NCBI RefSeq assembly: GCF_009914755.1
Contig: NC_060932.1
Source of the DNA: the human T2T-CHM13v2.0 reference genome, Homo sapiens
Strand: one strand, 5' to 3'
Length of the DNA stretch: 64,000 nt
Both the position numbers and the translations under genes were made by a program. Every line of letters begins with the position of its first letter. Position 1 is the first letter of the stretch. Shown here in pieces: positions 15,580 through 30,600 of this stretch. A model generated the notes under the pieces. It saw only the letters and a program-made list of their open reading frames with translations, did no database searches and was not told the origin of the DNA.

Positions 15580-15863
15580 GGAGATAGGGTCTCACTACAT
15601 TGCCCAGGCTGGAGCGCAGTGGCTATTCACAAGCACGATCCCACTACCGATCAGCACAGGAGTTTTGACCTGCTCCATTTCCAACCCAGGTTGGTTCACC
15701 CCTCTTTAGGCAACGTGCTGGTCCCCCACTCCCGGGATGTCACCATATTGATGCTGAACTTAGTGTGGGCATCTGATTGACATAGCGCACTAAAGCCCAG
15801 TTCTCCTGCACTCAAGCGATCCTCTCACCTCAGCCTCCCAAGTAACTGGGACTAAAGGCACAC
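15580..15863 (-). pseudogene. 7SL (SRP RNA) processed pseudogene, RN7SL-P type, nearly full length
   Basis: Reverse complement carries both Alu-domain ends plus the S domain absent from Alus (CACTAAGTTCAGCATCAATATGGTGAC..., GGGGTGAACC..., GGAGCAGGTCAAAACTCC..., GTGAATAGCCACTG). Poly(T) at 15541-15577; first ~15 nt missing. Confidence 0.93.
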
Positions 15864-15949
15864 TCTTTAAAAATACAATGTGTTATAAAAAATATATACT
15901 CATTAATGATACTACTTAATTTTGTACCTACCTCTTTTTTTCACATTTC

Positions 15950-16309
15950 TGTTAGTCTTAGCTCTGACTGCTATAACAAAATACCATAGACCTGATGGCT
16001 TAGACAACAAACCTTTATTCCTCACAGTTCAGGGGGATGGACGTCAGAGGTCCAGGTGCCAGCAGATTTGGTTCCGGGTGAGGGCTGTCGCCCTGGCTTG
16101 CGGGCAGCTGGCTTCTCTCTGTGTCCTCACACTACTGAGAGGGGAAGCTCTGGTGTCTCTTCGTCTTCTAAGAAGTCCCATCACGGGAGCTCTACCCTCA
16201 TGGCTCAATTACCTCCCAAAGGTGGGGTCTCCAAAGACCGCCACACTGGGAACTAGAGCTTCAATGTATGGATTGGGAGCAGGGACCCAAACACGCAACC
16301 CATAATACA
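15950..16309 (-). mobile_element. MLT1A-type MaLR LTR
   Basis: GACTGCTATAACAAAATACCATAGAC...GGTGCCAGCAGATTTGGTTCC...GCTTCAATGTATGGATT...CCCATAATACA. Confidence 0.82.
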
Positions 16310-16380
16310 ACTGAATTCCATAAGAGTATATCAACGCCAAGAAAAGAGTGGCCCGCTTGAAACGTCGGTAATCCTTCCTT

Positions 16381-17270
16381 TCACCTCATGCCTGTTAGGA
16401 TGGCCATATTGAAACAAACAAGGAGTGCTGGCCAGGTCATGGAGAAATCTGAAGACTTATCCACTGATGGGGAATGAGAAATGGTGTCGCTGCTACAGAG
16501 AACAGTGTGGAGGGTCTTTCAGCAATTACTGCGAATCTACCGTGTAACCCATCATCAGTCCCACTTCTGAGTATTCATCGAAAGAACAAAAATCAGAATT
16601 TCCAGGAGACACCTGCAGCCCCACATTCACTGCGGCAGTATTCACCGCAGCCAAGACATGGAAACAGCCCACATGTCCAATGTAAATGAATGGATTGAGA
16701 AAATATGGTCTATCCATACCACAGAATATTATTCAGCCTTGAAAATGAGGGAAATCCTACTGGGAACTTGGAGGACATTACACTTAGTGAAATAAGCCAG
16801 GCCTACAGGAACAAGTGCTGCATGATTCCACTTAAACGGGGAACTAAAATAGTCAAACCCATAAAAGCAGAGACTAGAATGGTGGTTGCCAGGGGCTGAG
16901 TGAGGGAGAGCTGGGGATTTGCTGCTCAATGGGCGTAAGTTTCCACTATGCAAGATGAATGAGTTCCAGCTATCCACTGTACAACATGCTACCTACAGTA
17001 AACAATACCGCACCAAGCACTGAAGCATTTGTTGGGAGGATGACTCCCCGGCTAAGTGTTCTTACCACAAAAGCAGACAAACAAACAAAAAACAGTGGCA
17101 TACAAGGACACCTTTGGAAGTGATGGATGTATCTATTACCATGATGATAATGATGGTTTCACAGGTGTGTGCAGATGTCCAAACTCATCAAATGTATACA
17201 TCCAATACACACAGGGGTTTTTTTTTGTATATCAATTACATATCAATAAAACTGTAAAAAAGGAAAAGGA
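16381..17270 (+). mobile_element. L1MA/L1MB 3' end
   Basis: CACCTCATGCCTGTTAGGATGGC...TTAGTGAAATAAGCCAG...GAATGGTGGTTGCCAGGGGCTG...CAATTACATATCAATAAAACTG plus A-rich tail. Confidence 0.88.
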
Positions 17271-17730
17271 AAAAAATGACCCTTTCCGCCACACATCAAG
17301 ACGGCTGCCCCTCTCTCTATTTCCTCCTCAAAGGGTAAACCCGGAGACATGGTCCTAACTGGTAACCACCTGTGGCCAGGACCCTGAGGCACCTCCTGGG
17401 GCAGAGAAGCAGCTCATGTCACCTGCCGTGGGGACTCCCCCAGCCAGTGCAGCTCTATCCTGCTGTTGCTCCTGTTGCTGGAGTGACAGTGGCATCGTGT
17501 GTTCAAACCCACACACTTATCTGGACAAGGATGAGAGAAGCCAGGGCAGCCTCTGTGGTAGGAGCGGCTGTAGAGACACCTTGGCTGGAAGCAAGAAGGC
17601 ACTGCTCTGACTGTGACCCAGGCCACCCCAAGGGAGGCAGCACCCCAGGAGGCACCAGGGTGGACAGGGCAGGAAGTAAAGCGTTGCTCCCTGACCAGTG
17701 CTGTGGCTTTCGAGTAAAGATCTGGAATGA

Positions 17731-18027
<297 letters not shown>

Positions 18028-18346
18028 TTTTTGGAATGAAGCCCTGGCTCTGCCTTTTCTTAGCACAAGCAACCATGGGCGAACCACATATCCCTGTAAG
18101 CCTCAGTTTCTTCATCTGTGAGATGGAGACTCTAAGAGCGCCTGCCTTGCGTCATTGTGGTGGAGGTTACAGGAAGCGCATATTAGTGCAGATGTGGAGG
18201 GGCCTCCCGGGGAATTAAACACAGAAACAGTTAAGGCAGCTTTGTTTGGGACTGGGGCTGGGCATTGGAAGGCGTGGATTTGGGGAGTGCTGCTTTCACT
18301 GAACTGTGTGAATCTATTATTTAGATTATTTAGATAAAATTACTGA

Positions 18347-18975
<629 letters not shown>

Positions 18976-19417
18976 ATGCGTGTTTAAAGGGGGGGCCCTG
19001 CAGCAATGCTCTCAGCCCTGGTCCAGCACATACAGCAGGCACATGGTCCATGGTGCAGACAGGGCAGCTGGGGCGATCAGAAGATTCATTCCGCTGCTGG
19101 AGGCCTCCTCAGGCCTTCCTGGAAAGGCCAAACAGATAGCGGTGATAGGAATCTAGAAAAATCTCATGAGAGGGACTGGCAGACACTAACTTGTTCACCA
19201 AACCCCACAATGCCAGATCTCTCCGCTCTCTCTGCCAGAGAGCAGCTCTCTTCTTCAAGGCGATTTTAGGACAAATTTGCAGCAGCTTATACATGTACGG
19301 ATCTTGTTAACTCAAGATATGTATGATGCAGGCAGGAATCAGAGAGAGACAGGTCGGGAAGGGTCTCCATAAATCTCATGCCATGAAATCACACATTTGT
19401 CACTGAGGGAAGCCAAG

Positions 19418-19705
<288 letters not shown>

Positions 19706-20622
19706 TGAGAGGAGGGCATCTGTGCCCTGCCCTGGTCCAGCTCCTCACCTTGGCAGATCTTGGTATCCCCTCGGGGAAGTCTATAGATGAACCATGGGTG
19801 CGACCTGGTCCAATAAGGACAGTCAGAAAAAGCTATATTGGAGGTGTTGGCGAATGGGTAGATCCAGGTCAGAAAAGTGGGCAGATGGGAACAGAGACCC
19901 TCTGTACCTCTCGGCCCAGGACAAACAAGTAGAGAGGACACCCTCCCCAACCTCCATCGCCTGAGCCCCAGCCTCCCCACCCAGCCATACACAACAGGCA
20001 CACACCCCTCCCCGCAACTGATGCACCCACCACACACCCCCCACACACACACTGCCACAGGGGGGCGGGCAGCACAGGAGCTGCGGTCAAAGCCTCGGGG
20101 CCCCAGCCCTGCCACCTGTCTCTAACACGATCTCGGGCATGCCCCAGAATCTCCCTGAGCCTAGGCTTCCACAGCTCTGAGTACGGCTCTGCCTCCAAAG
20201 AGACGTGGTAATGAACAAATAGGAATAAAAAGTCTCTAAAGAGCTTTGTAAACTGCAAATCAGCTTATCAATGTAAGCTGTTTTTGTTCTTAATGAAATG
20301 GTCCTTTCAGCATTGGACCCCAGAAGATGTGATGTCTTGGTCCAAGGAAGTTAGAAGGGGGTGAGTGAGAGACAGCCAGAGGGAAGAAGAGCTGGGAGAG
20401 GAAGACAGATGAGCAGGAGCCCGCCTCCTGTCCCCGGGATGCGCTTTCTGGACCTGCTGCACACCCACTGGTCAGAGATGGAATCTGCACCAGCCCCAGG
20501 ATTGCAACGCGGAAAAGCTGCCTCTACTCAGCAGATAGACCAAGTTCCTGTTTGTTTTGAAAGAGACACTACTCCTGAAAGCAACTGGTAGCCAATCATG
20601 TCACACAAAGACGTGAATTCCA

Positions 20623-20930
20623 GGCCAGGCGCAGTGACTCACGCCTGTAATCCTAGCACTTTGGGAGGCCGAGGCAGGCGGATTGCCTGAGCTCAGGAGT
20701 TCGAGACCATCCTGTCCAACATGGTGAAACCCCGTCTCTACAAAAATACAAAAAATTAGCCGGGCATGGTGGCGTGTGCCTGTAGACCCAGCTACTGGGG
20801 AGGCTGAGGCAGGGGAATTGCTTAAACCCACCTGGGAGGCAGAGGTTGTAGTTTGCCAAGATCACACCACTGCACTCCAGCCTGGGTGACAGAGCAAGAC
20901 TCCATCCCAAAAAAAAAAAGAAAAAAAAAA
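20623..20930 (+). mobile_element. AluS SINE
   Basis: Dimeric Alu; TSD AAAGACGTGAATTCC / AAAGATGTGAATTCC. Confidence 0.92.
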
Positions 20931-22644
20931 GATGTGAATTCCTGAACCAATCGACTGGCGATTTCTGCTTGTATTCTCTTTTCATTTCTCCTGCTTGCAG
21001 TGGTCTCGCGGGGCACAGTGGGGTCTCCCCTCAAGGAGGCCAATGGGACTGACCATGGTGTGGTGCGTGCCTTTGGGGAGAAGAGTCTGGGGCTTGGGGG
21101 GGTCTGGATCATGAAACAGTGACTCACTCCCTTCCTGCTGCAGTTGCACCCACTCTGTTAGTGAAGAAGGGAGAAATGATTAACTAACTCTAGGATCCTG
21201 GCTCATTTGCATAAACGTGCATAAATTATGTCTCCTCACGAAATGATCTGAGCATGAGTAAAAGCAAATGGGAATGTGTTTTTCTGTTCCCCTTCTCCAT
21301 CTGTTTTTCTCCTTCCCCTCCTGCTACTTCCATAAACATACCAAAACCGTTTTCAGCTTCCCATGCGGAAAGTACATGCTGGTGCATGTTTTACACAGGG
21401 ATTTGCAGAATGTTGATATATCAGGGTCACCAAAAGTCCTGCTTTCTTCCATCTTTTTCCCCCTACCTTCTCTCCATATTCATTTCTACCATTTTCTCTG
21501 CAAAATAGAAGTTTCAGATTTCAGTGTTCAGCATGCATGGAAGCTGATAATTCTTGAGCTAACAGGGCACAATGATGGACCAGCCAGGAGGCTCCATAAA
21601 CTGAGGGATGCTGGCTGCCTGCACTGCACTGTGTCTCCAGGGTCTATGATTGGACAAACAAGACGCCTCTGGCCATTTTATGGGGGACAAAGCAGGCCTG
21701 AGTATGACTGTGGTGTGGCTGGATTTACAAAGCTTATTACAGACTAAGACGAACTGCTGAGCACAGTCCAGGGTCCTGCCGCAAAGCCCAGAGCTCTCTC
21801 CAGCAGCCCACACTGCCCATTATGCTGGCAACTAGCTGAATGGGCAGATTCACCTATGTGCCCTTAAAGGCCCTTTCCAGCCATATTCACCCACAGAACA
21901 GAGCACCAGATGAGCCGGGCCTGGAGCTACGATGGCAGAGCTCTGCCAAGGCCCGTGTGGGCTGCAGCTCGTGCAGACGTGTGTCACCTGCCCCATCTGA
22001 GCTGACTCCTGAAGGCAGGCAACTCTGAAGGCTCGCAGGGGCTGGCATTTGTCCCAGGAACAGGGGCCAAGGGGAAATTGCTTCTTAATTACTGCTTACA
22101 GTGCAAGTTTTTGCTTTGGCTTGGGCAATAGCCAATCCCCCAAAACACATTGAGTCTCTTATCAGCCTGCAGTTAATTGATCCTGGGAATTGATCCGTGC
22201 CTTATCCATGGATTCTATTGTAACTAGAGAAGCTGCAGCAACCACCCCTGGCCACAGGCTGTTCTCACAGCTGGAGGATACCCTACGGCCCTCATCTGGA
22301 CCCCTTTTTCCCACACCCTCCCACCCTGCTCTGCAGATGGTCTGCAGCCAGGCCCTCCTCATTAGGAGCCTCAAGCACACAGTCCACCCTACCTGGTCTG
22401 TTCCACATGGCCCGGGAGCCTGAAGAAAGCTCAGCTCCAGCTCACAACCCGAACACCTCGGCCTGCCACTCCCTGCAACGTTCACAGAGTACCATTACCA
22501 TCGCCTCTCATGGGGTTTTCACACACAGCCCTTGAGGCCAGAAACAAAAGCAAAACAATGTGACTTTCTCACCTTCCAGTGAAGAAACTGAGATTTAGGC
22601 CGCAGAACAGAATCACAAACTCAGAACCCCGACAGCAAATAAAG

Positions 22645-22990
22645 TAGGGTAATTTAATATATCTAGCACTGACAACAAATGACCCCAAAATCTCAGTGGC
22701 TTAACACTAGGAGTTCACCTCTTGCTCATATCAGTCTAATGTGAACCAGCTGGCTTTCCAGGCGGCTGTTGTCCAAGTGGACACTTAGGGATGACACCTT
22801 CAGCTCTAAGGTTTACCTGGGGAGGTGAAAGCGAGGAAGACGGTGCAGGTGGATTTATGGCCGGGCCTGAAATAACACACATCTTGTCTGCACACATTTC
22901 ACTGGCCAGAATCAGTCACATGATTGCTGACTGCAAAGGAGGCCGGGGAAAACGGTCTTCACAGGGGACCAGGAGAGGAAAACGCAGGTA
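22645..22990 (-). mobile_element. Old MLT1 (J/K/L-type) LTR relic
   Basis: ACAACAAATGACCCCAAAATCTCAGTGGCTTAACAC ... CACATTTCACTGGCCAGAATCAGTCACATG...CTGCAAAGGAGGC. Confidence 0.7.
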
Positions 22991-23406
22991 AGCATCCACG
23001 AGCTGCTACGGAGGTGATAATGACACTGACTTTTATTGATGGAATTCTGTAAGCCAAGTATTGTGACAGGAGCTATATAAGCATCACCTCATTCAATCCC
23101 CAAGACAGCTCGTGAAAGATTACTCATCTTCATTTTACACATGCAGAGATTCAGAGATCCAGCAACCTGACTCTAAGTTCCTGCTCTAACGTAGGAATAT
23201 AGTCTTCTTGTGCAAAATTAAGACATTACAGAGCGGCATTCTTGGCCACCGTGCCTTTTATCCCAGATTCCCCACATACGCACCCAAATTCACCAGAGCT
23301 GGCAGTGTGATGTGTGTCCTGAATCTGTTTGTATGTGCATTTAAAATGCATGTACTCATATGATTATCTGATAGATTTATCATTTTCTTTAAAAAATAGA
23401 ACTGTG

Positions 23407-23755
<349 letters not shown>

Positions 23756-24782
23756 CTGTGCAATATACATTATTATGCAACAAATATCTAGCACATTCCT
23801 CTGCATAAAACACCCAGTGATTTTTTTCTATCAGATCACACAGCTTCCCAACTTTCCACCGTAGAGTAAGTAATCCCTTTGGACTCTAGAAGGTTCTTGG
23901 CTAAAATGCGAAGACCTCACAGGGGAAGTGGGAAGCGTGAAGCATTAACAGTCACTCACGCCTGCGTGCAGCACCATTGGTCCCTGCAGAGCCGAGCCCA
24001 GGGAGACCAGGCCCAGGACTGACGTTGCTGATGCCCTTCCCCAGTGGCCAGCCCTGGGCCCCTGGCCTGGTTTGGGGGTGCTGTCGTCTGTGCCCTGAGA
24101 CCCTGTCTCTCATCAAATTGCCCAGAACACTGGGAGTTGGGGGATAAATGGATCTTCTCCTTCCACCTTGAAGGTGAAGAAAAATATCTCACCCTTTTTG
24201 AAAGAGAGACCAGACTACATCAACTTGAAAATAGCCCCAGGTCTGGACAGCTGAATTTACTGCTCTTAAGGTGATCTCATGCAATCCTTATATAACTGTG
24301 CAGACAGCCTGGTATTGGTATCCGCATTTTACAACTGGATACATCAAGTCCAAGCAGGGAGTAGGTGGCCCCAGGCTGCACTGCAAAGCCCATTCCCCAC
24401 TGCAGGGAACGTTGCTTCAGGGGCCCTGGGCCAGACCCAGTCTCCAGGCCTGTGACCATTGCCCCTGGTGCGACCTGCCCCCATCCACCTGGAGCTTGAC
24501 CTGCCTCTGTCCACCTGGAGCATTATTGATTGAAGTTTCCACCCTCCAGGGCCAGACAGGGCACCAGGGACTGGAATCAAACCCAAAGAGAATTCAAAAA
24601 TGACTAAACTGTGTGAACTTGGAACCAAGCTTCAACATTATTTTAGGGACCTTTGAACCACATTTGGAGGGGCTCACTTCATATCCTCTGCCCATCTTCG
24701 AAGGCCTAACGGAAACCTTCTGGGTGAGGCTGCCCTGATGTCTGCACTGGAAGGGACCTGTGCTCTTCTGAACTCACACTTA

Positions 24783-25068
<286 letters not shown>

Positions 25069-26007
25069 TTATCAGGAGTTCCTGTCCTATTTCCCCAAAT
25101 AGAGGGTAACCCCCTTGAAGGCAAAGGCAGGATCCTGAGCATGACAATGATCCCCTCGGATCCCACCGCCGCGCAGGGAAGGTGCCCACCACACACTCAG
25201 GGCTTTCCATCACTTCAGTGTTTTCATTCTTTAATAGTTAATGCTCTGTTATTTCACCTAACAGGACGATGTCTTTTCTACGTGATCTCTCAGCTCCTTT
25301 CGTCAGCACGTCACTCACAATTTTCTCTCTTCCTCTTAACTCTTTTTCACCAACCACGCTGAAGTTTGAGAAAACTTATTCCAGCACCATCTTCATCTTC
25401 CCCATTATCTATGGAGCACCTGCGATTGGCCAGGCACCATGCTACAAGCAGACAGTATCACCACAGGGATCCCCACAAACCTTTATGGCCTTCCTCTGAT
25501 CACGCTGTCAGAGCCCTGGCAGCGGCTCTCAGACAGTCCCTCACTGCAGCCTCCCCACAGCCCTGCGACCGCTCCCACACATGAGATCCTCACCCTCCTG
25601 CCGGCACCAGGCTCAGCACGCTTCGTGAAGTCACTCGCTTCACCCTTTATAAGATAAGTAGAGTTTTTCCATTTTGCAGATGAAGAAACTGAGGCTTGGT
25701 GGGGGTCCCGGCAACTTCCTTTCGCTCTCGTTACAGTGCAGCCGTCGTTTAGCCCATGGGCTAAAAGTTCCGCCTGAATGCCTAATAACTGTTGAAACTA
25801 AATAATGCTTAAGTGGGGCTAACGGTGACAACTCTTCACCTGAGTATAGTTGACATTTTTCATAATAAAAATTTAAAATCAAAAGTTGTTTCTTCCAGAA
25901 AGAAAAAAAAAATGACCAAAACAGTAGCAGGTCTAACTAACTCACTGGCATATTATGAGCACCTGGCAGATGTTCAATAAATAGTCATTTTTAATCTGTA
26001 CTTATGA

Positions 26008-26322
<315 letters not shown>

Positions 26323-27094
26323 TGAATGAAAAACAAATGAATGAGAAGCTTAGGCAATATGCCTGAAGCCTCGGCTAGTAAGTGGCTGAGCCAGGAGCGA
26401 AGCCCAGGTTAGTCTCATGGCAAAGCTCACGTGCATGTCATCACATAGGCTACCCGGCCTCTTTCTAAGGGAGGCGGGGTGAGTCAACACCAGGTGGGTG
26501 TCTGGTAAAGAGAAGACTGGTTGAGATTTCTGTGGTCTCTGGAAAAGAAGGCACCTCCCCAGAAATCTTACCTGTGTCTTTTCAATCAAAACTTGCTCCA
26601 GCTCTGAGCTGACTTTTGACAGTAAGATGCCTCCCTATTCAATTTTAGTGCTTAGAGATCAATACTGGAGCTGCAGAGTTCACAGAATGAAATCGACCAA
26701 ATCATGATCAATATTAATGGCACAGCATGGACATCAGCTTACTCAGCGGCTTCTCTCTTCGTCTGTCTCTTCTTTCTCTTCCTCCCTTGAAGCTTCACCA
26801 GGAGGCAGAAGCTTCCCCGAGGATGGCAGAGAACACTCCAGCAATGAGGCAGTGGGCGTTGCAGGCCCACAGAAAAGCCAGAGCCCAACCCTGCTCCCAA
26901 CAGGATCTGAATCTACTAGGTCTAAACCCAGGGCTCACATGAGGCCAAATGCCTAGCTCCGTGCTAGGCACAGGGCAGGCAAGCAGTGGTGTTGACTGCT
27001 TCCTGCCCTTCCTGCCTGCTGGGCCTCACTTCCTGCAGTACGACTCCACCTCTGGAGGCTGCTCCTTCACACCTAAGTATTAAAAGCCCTAGCT

Positions 27095-27381
27095 GGCTGG
27101 GTGCGTGGCTCACACCTGTAATCCTAGTGCTTTGGGAGGCTAAGACGGGAGGATTGCTGGAGGCCAGGAGTTTGAGACCAGCCTGGGCAACACAGCAAGA
27201 CCTCATCTCTACAAAGAAATTTCAAAAAAACCATTGGTCAGAGCAGTGGCATGCACCTGTAGTCCCAGCTCCTCAGGAGGCTGAGGTGGGAGGATCACTT
27301 GAGCCCAGGAGGTTGAGGCTGCAGTAAGCCATGATTGTATCACTGCACACCAGCTGGGTGACAGAGCCAGATCCTGTCTCT
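27095..27381 (+). mobile_element. AluJ SINE
   Basis: Dimeric AluJ with a degenerate tail. Confidence 0.9.
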
Positions 27382-29254
27382 ATTAATTTTTTTTAAGGTC
27401 TGGCTAAGCACAAGTGTGTTAACTGGCTCAGCTATAACATTCCTCTACCATTGGCCCCCAGTCCTGAGCACAAGCAAGATCATATTCATAACCCTCCTCA
27501 GAGGCTTTCTCTGTATTATCCTGCATGTTCAGACATCACCATGCCCATTTTATAACTGAGGAAACTGAGGCTTTAGGAAGAAAAGTAGTATGTTAAGATC
27601 ACACACGGCTAGTAGTAGATGGCTGAGCCCAGGATGCCTACCTAGGAGAGAATATTCAGGTAGAGGGAAGGAGAGCAAAGTTAGGGGTTCTGGGCCTTGG
27701 AGGGAAAGGAGGAGGTCACGGCGATGCCTTGGGAAGGCATCTGGTGGGGAGAAAGGAGGGGTGAGTACTCAGGGGCCCTTAGCCATGGAGCAGATGCTGG
27801 GTCATAAAGGGCCTGGCCCGCCCTAAGACGTGGCCCCTGCCTGAGAGCTTCAGGGGAACATGCGGGCCGAAGCGGGGTGTGAAAACTAGGAGGCCCCTGT
27901 GACATCTTGGTGCCACTGCTTGCCTCTCCTGCACTTGCGAGAGGCTCTGCTGATGACCCGGGCACCTCCTACGCTGCTCACTGAGAGGAGCACAGCACAG
28001 AGTGCACACACATGGGGGACATACAGAGGAAGAGGCTGGGAGAGGCCCCAAGTGGCCACGGTTTGGCAGAGGGGCTCTGCACCCAAAGACCTCCGGCCCC
28101 CTCACTAAATATGGCTACCACTTATTGAGCACCTGCTGTTTACTAGGCACAATCTCATTTCATCCCTTAAGCAGCTTCTAAGGGAAACATCCTTTGCCTG
28201 GTCACAGAGCCAAGGAGCTGCAGCTCACCACGGTCCGATGATTTATCGAGGATGACGCCACTGGTGGGTGTTGGAGTCAGGAATTCACCCAGGTCTGTCT
28301 GACCTCAAGGCAATCCTCTCCCCAACCCGCTGAGTGCCCTGGCCATCAAGTGCCTGGGTTTGCCCAAGGCCTGGAAGTCTTCCCTGAGGAAGGTTTGTCT
28401 GAGACTCTGCCACGTTTGACCTAGCTTGAGGACATGTCCCCCAGAGTTTAGCCTGAACCTCACAAGCTGTGATGGGGACAAATCATCCTTTCCTTCTTTG
28501 TCCATATGTGGTGGCTCCTTTAAGCAGACTCAAAATACAAAAATCCAGACTTAGAAACAATGTTTCCATGTAAAACAGTGAGAAACGGAAAATATTTGCT
28601 TACCCAAAAGGCATCTTCATTTTGACAGCTATGAGATTCCCCCAGTGCATTCGGAAATAAGACTCAATTGACAAAAATTCATTTGACATTCAACTTTCCA
28701 GGAACACAACTATTGTCAATTTATAAGAGAAGAAAAACAGTTCTCTTTCCTGGCTTTCTTCCTGATACTGACATGCCAAAGAGAGTCAAGGTTTGCTGAA
28801 AAATGATTTACTCTACAAAAATGTCTGGCAACTTTGCTTACGATGTATCTTCATTGCAGTGTTGAAATAAACTTTCAGAATTTCTGCATCGCAAAGGCAA
28901 AAGAAGGAGGGAAAAATAGCAAACTTAAAAATGCTCTGACAAGATCAATGAAATATATTTTAGATGTTTCTTTCTTCTGGGGTCAGAACACTTAATGTTT
29001 TTCTTCCTACGGGTAATTTTTCAACTTGAAATTTTATTATTGATTTTGCTGTAGGCTGTCTTGATGCACTGCTCCTTTTAAAAATCAAATTTATTTTAAT
29101 TTTTACATCTTAAAGATGGCAAAAAGACCAGACTAGAATAAACTGGTTCTTTTCCTCTCTAAATTCAATCTCTTGGTCCCTACCCCCACCGCCTTATAAC
29201 AGATACCTATAGAGGCTGGGCATTGGTGAGACACAAGCTCACTTTCCCTTGGGA

Positions 29255-29504
<250 letters not shown>

Positions 29505-30144
29505 TAATATACAACATGACCATTTTCCTATGAAGGACTGAAATGCTTCTCCTTATCAGGCTAATATAGTATTTATTCACTAATTAATCTTTGATTAGAT
29601 ACTTGGCTATTTATTATGGCTTCCAATCTTGCCAATTAGTTAAATGGCTAAATCACAACTTCCTGCAGCGGGTCGCTGCTCCAGCTGGGCTGTGCCAGGG
29701 CTCTGGGCACTCCCAGGAGAGAGAGAACATCTTTCATATAAAATATTTCAGCTAGTTTCAGCTCCCATGAAACGAGGAAATGGGAAGGAGAGGAGAGAGA
29801 GCACTCAGCTTATGTAACTGCTTGCTGTGACTCCGAATCTAGATTAAAACCTGACTCTGCTGGTATCCATCCAGCTCAGCTTGGTCCCCAATCCCATCAA
29901 GCCAATCAAGGAGCCAAATAATTCCAGCGGAACCCTCTATTTCACCTGATTGTCTGGAGACCCAGAAAGGATGAACGGCAAGCACAAGCATCATATCTGA
30001 GATGTGCCTTCTGCTTTCTAAAGCACCTTCACGTGCTTTCTGTACTGGGCCCTCACCATAATGCTTCGGTGAGTGGTGGTGAAAAGGGAGACAAGGGAGG
30101 CAGTGAGGGCCTTCCAGTTACTGGCTCTTGTTTTAGCCAGCAGC

Positions 30145-30600
30145 ATTGGCCCCAGATGGGAGTATTTGTAAAATGCAGAATGCGCTGGTCGTGGTGGTTC
30201 ACACTTGCAATCCCAGTGCTTCAGGAGGCCAACAGAGGAGGGTGACTTCAGGCCAGGAGTTTGAGACTGGCCTGGGCAACATAGTGAGACCCAAATCTCT
30301 ACAAGAAAAAAATTGTTTTTTTAAATTAGTCAGGTGTGGTTGCGCACAGCTGTAGTCCTAGCTACTCGGGAGGCTGAGGTGGGAGGATTGCTTGAGCCCG
30401 AGTTGGAGGCTGCAGTGAGCTATAATTGCATCACTGCATTCCATCCTGGATGATAGAATGCAACCCTATCTCAAAAGAAAAAAAAAAAAAAAGAAAAGCA
30501 GAACGCTGGTCCCTATTCTAGACCTATGACTCAGAATCTGCATTTCCCAAGATTCCCAGGTGATTCATGTGCATATAAACATTGATAAGCATTGCTCTAG
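30145..30600. mobile_element. MER5-family hAT relic split by an AluJ
   Basis: TTTGTAAAATGCAGAA [Alu] ...CTCAGAATCTGCATTTCCCAAGATTCCCAGGTGATTCATGTGCAT. Confidence 0.72.
30184..30495 (+). mobile_element. AluJ SINE
   Basis: Dimeric AluJ; TSD AAATGCAGAATGC / AAAAGCAGAACGC. Confidence 0.92.
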
